DNA from: Gammaproteobacteria bacterium
Lineage (GTDB): Bacteria; Pseudomonadota; Gammaproteobacteria; Arenicellales; Poriferihabitantaceae
Direction: 5' to 3'
Assembly (NCBI GenBank): GCA_022822625.1
Contig: JAJEAV010000033.1
Span: 3,500-67,499 of the forward strand
DNA length: 64,000 bases
This document shows, piece by piece, positions 55,915-64,000 of the stretch. Numbering within the stretch: position 1 is the first letter of the stretch; each line of letters begins with the position of its first letter. The notes below the pieces were generated by a model, which saw only the letters and a list, made by a program, of their open reading frames with translations, did no database searches and was not told the origin of the DNA. The position numbers and the translations under genes were made by a program.

Positions 55915-56014
55915 TGTTTCGTCAGATTTGAGTAGCAGTTCCGATAATCGTGTCCCGGCATTGATTATACCCGTTCATCATGTCTCGAATGGCTAACTTT
56001 TTGCCACTACCCAT

Positions 56015-57529
56015 TTATTGAGTCATCGTTCCATCATTCTCCTTTTCGACAGGGGCGTCAAGCGCTCGGTATACAGCTGGCAACGAATCAATCACATCGG
56101 AAGCCATGAGCGAGTGTTCCGATGATTGTGATGCGGCATAATCCGCAGCAATGGAATGAACCCAGACTGCGAACTCGGCACAGTCATGGATCGGCCACCC
56201 GGCTGATACATATGCACCGAGTATGCCGCTTAACACATCCCCCATACCGGCCGTCGCCATACCAGGGTTCCCTTTATCGCAAATTCCTGGAGTCAAATTT
56301 CCTGAACCTGCTATGACTGTTCCAGAGCCTTTTAACACACAAACACCACCATAAATTGCGACAATCTCCCTAGCAGCTTCAATACGATCATGCTGGATAT
56401 CCAGAGGGGAACACCCAAGCAATGCTGCTGCCTCACCCGCATGTGGCGTCAAAATCCAGTTGTCCCGACTATGACGATACCGGGGCGTGGACAGTAATCG
56501 AAGGCCGCCCGCATCGATAACCATAGGGCCTTCATAATCATCAATTACAGAGAATACCTGATGCGCCCAGTTTCCGTCATCCAGTCCCGGACCGATAACC
56601 AGGCTATCAGCCTTCATTAATAATCGGTTAACCCCTTCTTCTTCCGAGAAGTCCAGACTCATTAGTTCTGGGCAATGAATTGCCAATAGGTCGGCATGCT
56701 TTCGTTCACTTACGACAGTGGTCAAACCACATCCTGATCTCATTGCTGCACGACCGGCAAGTAGAACCGCACCAAACATGCCCGTTGAGCCACCAAAAAC
56801 GGCTAGATTGCCATACCATCCCTTGTGGGAATTATGAATGCGCGGGTCCAGCACATATGGTTCAACCAGTGTCGCAAAGGGATTCACTCCGGTTTCTTCC
56901 AGTGCCACGTCAAGTGATTCATATATCATGGTGCCGCATTGATCGCGTCCATCAGCAGTATAGCAACCTGCCTTTCGTCCAATGAAAGTCACAGTCATTA
57001 TCGCTTTAATACATGGGTCAAAAGCCACTCCAGTATTACATTCCAGACCAGATGGAACATCCAGTGCCACAATGGAACGCCAGTCCTCATTGGCAATGTC
57101 AATCAGTTTTGCAGCAGCTCCTCCGGGAGATTCCTTAATCCCGGTTCCCAGGATTGCATCGACGATCAAATCTCCAACAGGCGGTAATTCTCCAGCTCCT
57201 GGGTCGTACTTCCTGGCAATCCCACCTGCTCTGAGATACTGTTGGCACATCAACTTTGCATCACTGGGTTTCGGTTTTTCCGTGAAGATTACCTGAACAT
57301 CCATACCCGCCTGCAATGCACACAGCGCCACAACATAGCCATCCCCTCCATTGTTTCCCGACCCGCATAGCACCAGAATGCCTGGAAGATTCTCACGAAG
57401 GCCACAAATGGCACGAAATGCCCGCTTGCCTGCTCTCTCCATTAACCTGCTTCCCGGTATACCCATTTCCTCTATTGCAATCCGGTCAATTTCGCGAACC
57501 TGTGCCACATTAAAAATATAATTATTCAT
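56015..57529 (-). CDS. nnr: Bifunctional NAD(P)H-hydrate repair enzyme (epimerase/ADP-dependent dehydratase)
   Basis: 'LCGSGNNGGDGYV' in the YjeF_N domain and C-terminal carbohydrate-kinase motifs 'LTPHAGEAA' and 'GNPGMATAGMGDVLSG'. Confidence 0.9.
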   Translation of the reverse strand: MNNYIFNVAQVREIDRIAIEEMGIPGSRLMERAGKRAFRAICGLRENLPGILVLCGSGNNGGDGYVVALCALQAGMDVQVIFTEKPKPSDAKLMCQQYLRAGGIARKYDPGAGELPPVGDLIVDAILGTGIKESPGGAAAKLIDIANEDWRSIVALDVPSGLECNTGVAFDPCIKAIMTVTFIGRKAGCYTADGRDQCGTMIYESLDVALEETGVNPFATLVEPYVLDPRIHNSHKGWYGNLAVFGGSTGMFGAVLLAGRAAMRSGCGLTTVVSERKHADLLAIHCPELMSLDFSEEEGVNRLLMKADSLVIGPGLDDGNWAHQVFSVIDDYEGPMVIDAGGLRLLSTPRYRHSRDNWILTPHAGEAAALLGCSPLDIQHDRIEAAREIVAIYGGVCVLKGSGTVIAGSGNLTPGICDKGNPGMATAGMGDVLSGILGAYVSAGWPIHDCAEFAVWVHSIAADYAASQSSEHSLMASDVIDSLPAVYRALDAPVEKENDGTMTQ

Positions 57530-57609
57530 ATTATCAATATCTTTATGTGATTATTAAATGTTACATATAAATGAAATTCCTGTGTGCACTGGTTCTGGAA
57601 ACCTGTTCA

Positions 57610-59355
57610 TTACTCTCCCTCATGCTCTTCACTTCGAGCGTCTTTAAGAGAATTGATATAAGCAGTAATCAGGGATGATTCATAAATCACGCCAATCAGC
57701 CTGTTGCCAACCCTGTCATCTACCACCGGCAGGCTTTCTCCGGTAAAATCCTGGATTCTCTCCATGGCCTCCCATATCGAAATATCCGAAGTAAATACTA
57801 TCTCTCCGGTGCAGTAATCCTTGCATGACAGTCTGGTCATGTCCAGTCCCTCGCTCTCTTTTCGATCAATCTCATTCAGTGTTATAGACCCTATATATCT
57901 CTGTTTCGCATCCACAATATAGAGAGCAACCTTCCCGGAATCCAGGAGAACCCGTTTGGCCCTGGCGAGACTGGCTTCACCGGAAAGTATTGAAAAGTCA
58001 TCTGAAATACAGGCACTGATTTTCCGACCACACAAAATTACCTTTTCACGACCCATGCTTAGGTCAAGGCCTTGCCTGGCAAGCTGCACATCGAACATGG
58101 AGCGGCCAATCAGGCGATATCCGATCAGATTGGCAAAGACAGTACTGACCATGGCTGCGACCGCCAGGTCATAGTTTCGCGTTAACTCAAACACTATCAG
58201 TATCGCTGTTAGAGGCGCCCCCATGACGGGACCGACCAGCGCCACCATGCCACAAACCATATAAGGAGTTGCTGATGAATAATGCGTACCCATTACTGAA
58301 GCACTGATGATTGAGACCAGGGCCCCGAAAACAATCCCACACAGTAATGATGGACTGAAGACGCTACCGGCCATGCCAAATCCGAAACATACAGCGGTCA
58401 TGACCAGCTTCATGATCAAAATAATGAGCAGTTCGCCGCCGGGATATCCTGATCCGACCAGGACTTTCTGCATGACTGGTTCACCAACGCCAAGAATTTC
58501 CGGTAACCACAGGCCAGTCAATCCGATGCCGGCCCCTGCGATGGACGGTTTCAGCCAGAATGGCAGGTTCAGGCACCTTGATACATCCGTGAAATAAAAC
58601 ATCATGCGTACGAATACCGCTGCAACCAGGGCACCTGCCAAGCCGATCAGGGCGAAAACCAGAAACTCTTCCGGATTAATGCCCCCCACTTCTGCAACAT
58701 GAAAAACATGATTTCGATCGAAAACATGGTTGGTGACTAAATATCCAACCACTGATGCAACTGCGATAGATGCAAATAATTTCAGAGAGAAATGCCGAAT
58801 AATGACCTCATGTGCAAAAACCAGCCCTGCAATAGGGGCATTGAAGACGGTAGATATTGCTGCGGCAACACCACATCCAATACCCATATTTGCAGTGAAT
58901 CCAAGTTTTCCCCCTGTTCGTTCTGCAACCAGCCCTAGGGTTGCTCCGATGTGGGAGACCGGTCCATACTGACCCATGGATGCCCCACTTCCCAGTGTCA
59001 CTACCGCAGCAATTGCCGTTCTGAAAGCATTTCTGTACGAGGGCTTAAAGACCATGGATTGTGACATTCTGATGGTCTGTGCAAGACTTTCGGGGCGTCC
59101 TTCCGGCAAATCCTTTAATATCAATCCGACTACCAGTCCACCAATGACAGGAACCAGGATGAAAATACCAATATCCAGAATTGACTGAGCACCCTCTTCC
59201 CTTGTTTCGAGGGACACCAGGAGAAATTCATTGAGCCACTCGACTACCAAGACAAATGCAATGGATGCTACCGATGCCAACGCGCCAACGATCAACGCGA
59301 GCAACATGATTGCAATCGTATTGCAAACCAGACGATTTTTGCTCATGGTTTCCAT
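57610..59355 (-). CDS. ClC-family chloride channel/transporter homologue with a C-terminal CBS pair; selectivity and gating motifs are non-canonical
   Basis: 'FNAPIAGLVFAHEV', 'GSVFSPSL' (GxFxP), 'GAPLTAILIVFELTRNY', and a C-terminal ~140 aa CBS-like region. 'GQYGP' replaces 'GREGP/GKEGP' at nt 58960-58974. Confidence 0.8.
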   Translation of the reverse strand: METMSKNRLVCNTIAIMLLALIVGALASVASIAFVLVVEWLNEFLLVSLETREEGAQSILDIGIFILVPVIGGLVVGLILKDLPEGRPESLAQTIRMSQSMVFKPSYRNAFRTAIAAVVTLGSGASMGQYGPVSHIGATLGLVAERTGGKLGFTANMGIGCGVAAAISTVFNAPIAGLVFAHEVIIRHFSLKLFASIAVASVVGYLVTNHVFDRNHVFHVAEVGGINPEEFLVFALIGLAGALVAAVFVRMMFYFTDVSRCLNLPFWLKPSIAGAGIGLTGLWLPEILGVGEPVMQKVLVGSGYPGGELLIILIMKLVMTAVCFGFGMAGSVFSPSLLCGIVFGALVSIISASVMGTHYSSATPYMVCGMVALVGPVMGAPLTAILIVFELTRNYDLAVAAMVSTVFANLIGYRLIGRSMFDVQLARQGLDLSMGREKVILCGRKISACISDDFSILSGEASLARAKRVLLDSGKVALYIVDAKQRYIGSITLNEIDRKESEGLDMTRLSCKDYCTGEIVFTSDISIWEAMERIQDFTGESLPVVDDRVGNRLIGVIYESSLITAYINSLKDARSEEHEGE

Positions 59356-59481
59356 CCTTCCATGTTGCCGTTTACTGATGCAGTTTACAGGTTAGATTCT
59401 CAATGATGTAAAATAAGCGGACAAGTAGTCCCAAGCGTTGAAAACCTCGCCTGTCTGCAAAGTGACTTCAATATACCCCCA

Positions 59482-60639
59482 ATGTCTCATGAAAGAAAGA
59501 CGGCACTGAATTTCGGACATTCATTTTATCTCTCCATGAATCAAGCCAAGGCCAGGCAGCTTGCCCGTTCCATTCGCCACTGGGGTACCGAACTGGGTTT
59601 TGACCAGATTGGTGTATCCGACATTGATCTCAATCAGGCCGAGAGCAACCTGGCAAAGTGGCTTAGAAATCAATACCATGGGAAGATGGATTATATGTAC
59701 CGGCATGGTACAAAACGCACCAGGCCGAACAGGCTCATTGATGGAACAATTCGGGTTGTTTCAACGAGAATGAATTATATGCCCGAACCGATGTCAGCGA
59801 GTGGGTCGGTGCTTGAAAATCCCCATATTGGCTATGTTTCCCGCTATGCGTTGGGCAGGGACTATCACAAGGTCATGCGCTCCAGATTGAACAAACTTGC
59901 CAAACGTATCGAACAGGAAATCGGGCCGTTCGGGTACCGGGTCTTTTGTGACAGTGCTCCGGTCATGGAAAAGCCTCTGGCAGAAAAAGCCGGTCTCGGC
60001 TGGATTGGCAAGCATACAAATCTTCTGAACAGACATGAGGGGTCATGGTTCTTCATCGGTGAGATTTATACAGACGTGCCCCTCCCGGTCGATACACCAA
60101 CTAGTTCACATTGTGGCAGTTGTCGTGCCTGTATTGACGTTTGTCCCACTCAGGCTATCGTGGCCCCATATGTTCTTGATGCCCGGCGCTGTATTTCCTA
60201 TCTCACTATCGAGCTACATGGACCCATACCTGTCGAGTTCAGAAAATCGATCGGCAATCGAATTTACGGGTGTGATGACTGTCAGCTTGTCTGTCCATGG
60301 AATCGATATGCAAAAATCACTCAGGAGCCTGATTTCGCTTCCCGGCACTCCCTCAATAGCTCTCGTCTGATCGATCTATTCAGTTGGAGCGAACAGGATT
60401 TCCTGACCAAGACAGAAGGATCGGCAATTCGCCGGACTGGGTTCCAGAGATGGCTACGCAATATTGCAGTAGCCCTTGGCAATGCCCCTACTTCACGAAC
60501 GATTGTGAAAATCCTGAACGAGCGTCAAGGCCAAGCTTCAGAACTGGTTGACGAGCATATTGACTGGGCATTACAGCAACACTCCCAAGTCTCAAAACGT
60601 CAGCAAGCATCAACCCGCGAGCATGAGCAATCATTCTGA
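59482..60639 (+). CDS. queG: tRNA epoxyqueuosine(34) reductase
   Basis: Two 4Fe-4S motifs, 'CGSCRACIDVCPTQAI' and 'CDDCQLVCPWN', plus 'GLGWIGKHTNLL' and HEAT-like C-terminal 'RNIAVALGN'. Confidence 0.9.
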   Translation: MSHERKTALNFGHSFYLSMNQAKARQLARSIRHWGTELGFDQIGVSDIDLNQAESNLAKWLRNQYHGKMDYMYRHGTKRTRPNRLIDGTIRVVSTRMNYMPEPMSASGSVLENPHIGYVSRYALGRDYHKVMRSRLNKLAKRIEQEIGPFGYRVFCDSAPVMEKPLAEKAGLGWIGKHTNLLNRHEGSWFFIGEIYTDVPLPVDTPTSSHCGSCRACIDVCPTQAIVAPYVLDARRCISYLTIELHGPIPVEFRKSIGNRIYGCDDCQLVCPWNRYAKITQEPDFASRHSLNSSRLIDLFSWSEQDFLTKTEGSAIRRTGFQRWLRNIAVALGNAPTSRTIVKILNERQGQASELVDEHIDWALQQHSQVSKRQQASTREHEQSF

Positions 60640-60663
60640 ATTTGATTCTTCAGGCAGTGCCGG

Positions 60664-61218
60664 TTAGTTGGGAGTGAGGACGTTGATAAACACCTCTCGA
60701 TAGTATTTGAGTTCCTCAATCGACTCGATGATGTCATCAAGTGCCCGATGTGCATTGCGTTTCCTGAACCCATTGACCAGGTCCGGTCTCCAGCGCTGAA
60801 CCAATTCATTAATGGAACTGACATCGAGATTGCGGTAGTGCAGATACTTCTCCAATGTCGGCATTAACCGGTGCATGAACCGTCGGTCCTGACAAATCGA
60901 ATTGCCGCACAGAGGTGATTCATTGGCTGGCACGTATCGCTTGATGAATTTCAGGGTCTCGGCTTCGGCCTGCTGTTCATCCATTTTGGATTCGCGCACT
61001 CTCTGAATCAAACCGCTTTTGGTATGGGTACGGGTATTCCATTCATCCATTGCGACCAAACGCTCCAATGACTGATTGATTGCAAGCACTGGGCCTTGCT
61101 CAAGGATATTTAAGTTGGCGTCGGTAACAACGCTTGCAATTTCGATAATTCGATCATTGTCTGGAGATAGACCGGTCATTTCCATGTCTATCCAAACCAG
61201 ATTTTTAGGATGCTGCAT
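60664..61218 (-). CDS. orn: Oligoribonuclease
   Basis: '[22 protein letters not shown]' (DEDD ExoI), '[11 protein letters not shown]', and '[18 protein letters not shown]'. Confidence 0.9.
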   Translation of the reverse strand: MQHPKNLVWIDMEMTGLSPDNDRIIEIASVVTDANLNILEQGPVLAINQSLERLVAMDEWNTRTHTKSGLIQRVRESKMDEQQAEAETLKFIKRYVPANESPLCGNSICQDRRFMHRLMPTLEKYLHYRNLDVSSINELVQRWRPDLVNGFRKRNAHRALDDIIESIEELKYYREVFINVLTPN

Positions 61219-61233
61219 ATTGTTTCTGTCCTT

Positions 61234-61989
61234 TCAGCGTCTGGAGGTAATTTGTTGGTGAATTGCTGCACAAATTGCAATGGCCGCAGTCTCAATTCGC
61301 AGAATATGATCTGATAGACGCAATTTTAATGTCTTTTGGTCGTCCAGAAGCTGTTTTTCCGACCTGCTGAATCCGCCTTCGGGTCCAATCATGAGAATAA
61401 TTTCTTCTAAACCGAGTGGTTCCAAGAGATTCATTGAATCCAGCGATTCCCCATCAGGATCACCGACAATCATTAGAGAGGAGCCATTTGATACTGATTC
61501 CCTGCTTGATTCGCATAACCTTTCCAGCATCATGGGGTGACTGACCGTCGGGATATATGGCTGCCGACATTGCTTGCACGATTGAAGAATTATTTTGTCC
61601 CAGCGTTTTTTCATGTTTGAAGTATGGTTAACCACGCCATGTTCACACTTCAGGGGGATATAGTGATTCATGCCCATCTGTACAGCCATACCGAGCAGAA
61701 CAGACTGACGATCCCCTTTGGCAATAGCACTGGCGAGAGTCAGTCTTGGCACGGGTTCCGTATAGCTTTCTGTTTCTTCGACCTGAATCCTGAGTACATC
61801 GCTTCGAGGTGATTGGTCAAGAATTCTGGCTAGTGCCATCGTCCCCCTTCCATCCATCAGGTACAAATGATCGCCAGCCAGCAAGCGTTTCGACTTGCCG
61901 GCATGGAGTGCTTCGGGGCCGGTAATTTCCCCATAGCAACCTGGATCAGGAACTGGATTTAGATAAAACGGGGTGGAATCAATTCTCAA
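61234..61989 (-). CDS. rsmE: 16S rRNA (uracil1498-N3)-methyltransferase
   Basis: 'LMIGPEGGFSRSEKQLL' and 'RILRIETAAI'. I prefer the TTG at 61989 ('MRIDSTPFYL', the usual RsmE N-terminus) over the longest ORF start at 62046, which would overlap rsmJ by 68 nt. Confidence 0.75.
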   Translation of the reverse strand: MRIDSTPFYLNPVPDPGCYGEITGPEALHAGKSKRLLAGDHLYLMDGRGTMALARILDQSPRSDVLRIQVEETESYTEPVPRLTLASAIAKGDRQSVLLGMAVQMGMNHYIPLKCEHGVVNHTSNMKKRWDKIILQSCKQCRQPYIPTVSHPMMLERLCESSRESVSNGSSLMIVGDPDGESLDSMNLLEPLGLEEIILMIGPEGGFSRSEKQLLDDQKTLKLRLSDHILRIETAAIAICAAIHQQITSRR

Positions 61990-62746
61990 TGTTCGATCCT
62001 GGATAGTAAATGTCGTACCGAATCTGCTTGCTCTTGATTTCACCAACCTTCCCCTTCTGTATTGCAGGCTGGTGATGAGGCCTCTTTATAACGACACGTC
62101 GGGCGCTTGATCTCATGGCCACATCAAACATTCGGTCAAGGGATTGCATATGCCGGGAGTGATTGACCAATTCCCTTAACAAGGTAATCGGTTTGGGTGA
62201 TGCCGCATCACGCTTGTGTATGGGAAACATCGGGTCCATGTAAATCACATCCGCGTCCATGGTTTCTGATTGCAATGTCTGGATACTGTCTGCGTGTCTC
62301 AGATCCAGGTAGTGCCTGATGATGGAATGCTGGCAATGATCAATCGCATTTTGAGTCAGGACATAAACCAGAGGATTATTTTCGAAGGCGATGGTGCTAC
62401 AACCCGAGGAAGCAATTCTGGAAGCATCTACACACCAACCAGCCGTCATATCAATCACTATACCCTGTCTGATTCCAATTGCCCTTAACAGAGGATCTAC
62501 GCCTTTTGCCGGAAAGCCTGGGGCAATCATCGGTATATAAGGTTTGCGTTTGTCTCTCGCAAATTCAAGCTGAACCCTGTTTCCAGACACACGAAGAAAA
62601 AAGGGGGTATTGTTCACTGGCCGGTCTTCTAATGATTCCGAATATATCCTGACTCCCAGAATCTCGGCTATCCATTCAGTGTACTTGATATCGGACTGGT
62701 CGGATACCAAGGTGACGAGATCCGAATTCATGCTTGTTGCAAACAA
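61979..62746 (-). CDS. rsmJ: 16S rRNA (guanine1516-N2)-methyltransferase
   Basis: 'VIDMTAGWCVDASRIASSGCSTIAFENNPLV' and 'VIYMDPMFP', which match the RsmJ/YhiQ pattern (DATAG...ERNP...YLDPMFP). Confidence 0.75.
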   Translation of the reverse strand: MFATSMNSDLVTLVSDQSDIKYTEWIAEILGVRIYSESLEDRPVNNTPFFLRVSGNRVQLEFARDKRKPYIPMIAPGFPAKGVDPLLRAIGIRQGIVIDMTAGWCVDASRIASSGCSTIAFENNPLVYVLTQNAIDHCQHSIIRHYLDLRHADSIQTLQSETMDADVIYMDPMFPIHKRDAASPKPITLLRELVNHSRHMQSLDRMFDVAMRSSARRVVIKRPHHQPAIQKGKVGEIKSKQIRYDIYYPGSNIEN

Positions 62747-63322
62747 TAAAAGGAATCCGACTTTAATTTGTACAACTGTTTCAATTCATGGTTTTCCCAA
62801 ACCGATACAGCACTCATGAAAAAGGTCGTCTCATGGAATTATGTTTGAAGATAGTGTGTAGAGGAGATGGGGTTGAAAAAACGGCGTAGCCGGATTAACC
62901 ATGAGATGCACTAACTCCCATAATGATACCATTATTGAATTTTTGGAATCAGGGAACTTGAAGACTCGTTGACCGGAATCCTCTGCGACAGATCCCCCTA
63001 CTGTTTCGCACGACGGTGGAGACAGGGCTGTAGCAGGTCCAGGACGAAGCGAATCAGGTTTTTGGACATTTCCTTGCGTTCCATCAGTCTATGTAAAAAA
63101 ATCCGTAAGGAGGTTGGTCGAGAACCAGGGAACCTCGTGAATTTTCTTGATTTCCCTAGTATTCCAACCCGATCGATTCAACTTTTGCCATGACCCACCA
63201 CAGGACCCAGCCTGATGACGTACCCCTGATCCATAAAGAGGGCTTTGCATTCGCAATCCTTGAGGCTGATGTAGAATACCCGTTGTCATTTTTACTAACC
63301 AATTTATCCATCGAATATCAAT

Positions 63323-64000
63323 ATGGGATTTCTTAGCGGGAAAAAAGTACTGATCTGCGGGATCGCAAATAATCGGTCCATCGCATGGGGCATTGCACAA
63401 GCCATGCATCGACAAGGCGCTGAACTTGCCTTCTCCTACCCCAACGACAAACTCAAATCCAGGGTTGTTGATCTAGGCGGGCAGTTAGGATCAGACATAA
63501 TCCTGCCCTGCGATGTCACAAGCGACGATGACATAAACAATTTATTTCTCGAGATTGGAAAGCACTGGGACGGCCTGGATGCACTTGTCCACTGCATTGC
63601 ATTTGCCAATCGAGAGGAACTTGATGGCACCTATCTCGATTCGGTCACCCGAGAAGGGTTTGCATTGGCCCATGATATCAGTTCGTATAGTTTCTCTGCC
63701 ATGGGCAAGGCAGCATTACCACTTATGCAAGGACGAGCTACCAGTATGCTGACCTTGAGTTACCTTGGCGCTGTCCGTTCCATGCCAAACTACAATGTTA
63801 TGGGACTGGCCAAAGCAAGCCTCGAAGCAAATGTCCGTTACATGGCTCAATCCGTTGGCAGTCAAAATATCCGGGTAAATGCCATATCAGCAGGCCCAAT
63901 ACGAACACTGGCAGCCTCCGGCATCAAGAATTTCAGGTCAATGCTTGGACATTTCGAAAAAGTAGCACCGCTAGGTCGGGCAGTCACCATTGATGAAGTT
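63323..64000 (+). CDS. fabI: Enoyl-[acyl-carrier-protein] reductase (NADH) FabI, 3'-truncated by the window edge
   Basis: This frame is not in the ORF track because it runs off the end of the window. From the ATG at 63323 it translates as '[39 protein letters not shown]...' with '[28 protein letters not shown]' (Y-x6-K) and '[18 protein letters not shown]'. Confidence 0.9.
   Translation, partial: MGFLSGKKVLICGIANNRSIAWGIAQAMHRQGAELAFSYPNDKLKSRVVDLGGQLGSDIILPCDVTSDDDINNLFLEIGKHWDGLDALVHCIAFANREELDGTYLDSVTREGFALAHDISSYSFSAMGKAALPLMQGRATSMLTLSYLGAVRSMPNYNVMGLAKASLEANVRYMAQSVGSQNIRVNAISAGPIRTLAASGIKNFRSMLGHFEKVAPLGRAVTIDEV

Noticed and set aside
59356-59481. A fluoride (crcB-motif) riboswitch upstream of the ClC gene.
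   Set aside because: I read the minus-strand leader and found none of the conserved fluoride-riboswitch elements that I recall. In addition, the protein does not look like a CLC-F type.
1-64000. CRISPR arrays, tRNA genes or rRNA genes.
   Set aside because: I noticed no regularly spaced direct repeats and no cloverleaf-like or rRNA-like conserved segments in the intergenic regions I inspected. This was a visual scan only, so short or degenerate elements could have been missed.

Overview
The window looks like a gammaproteobacterial chromosome segment. The evidence is E. coli-like synteny on the minus strand (orn / queG / nnr-tsaE-amiB-mutL-miaA ... hfq-hflX ... rpsF-rpsR-rplI-dnaB-alr) and mostly moderate GC. 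All calls rest on motifs read by eye in the supplied ORF translations and on hand counting in the sequence; no searches were run.

Content from left to right:
- An SbcD-like/YhaN-like nuclease-ATPase pair.
- A cupin plus a creatinase-like M24 pair, then a Mug-like glycosylase.
- metY, mtaD-ubiG-gph, panC and dinB.
- A truncated IS256-family relic.
- A complete ccmABCDEFGHI cytochrome c maturation operon.
- Bactofilin and dapD.
- A glycine-zipper/PepSY/PhoPQ-like operon, then fkpA.
- alr-dnaB and the ribosomal proteins L9/S18/S6.
- A GC-rich IS4 relic, then hflX-hfq.
- A ~15.4 kb accessory block wedged between hfq and miaA.
- miaA-mutL-amiB-tsaE-nnr, an atypical ClC, queG, orn, rsmE, rsmJ and the 5' part of fabI.

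The accessory block (about 36.1-51.5 kb) holds the most unusual material:
- A solo TnpB inside a 1.25 kb unit bounded by a perfect 12-bp terminal inverted repeat and an 8-bp direct repeat. That architecture is atypical for IS200/IS605-type tnpB.
- A family III CoA-transferase.
- An AT-rich IaaM-like flavin amine oxidase/2-monooxygenase.
- IS debris.
- A flotillin-like SPFH protein.
- An AmiC/FmdD-type ABC importer whose second ATPase is fused in frame to an amidase-signature enzyme.
- An acyl-CoA synthetase.

I recognised no rRNA, tRNA or CRISPR array.
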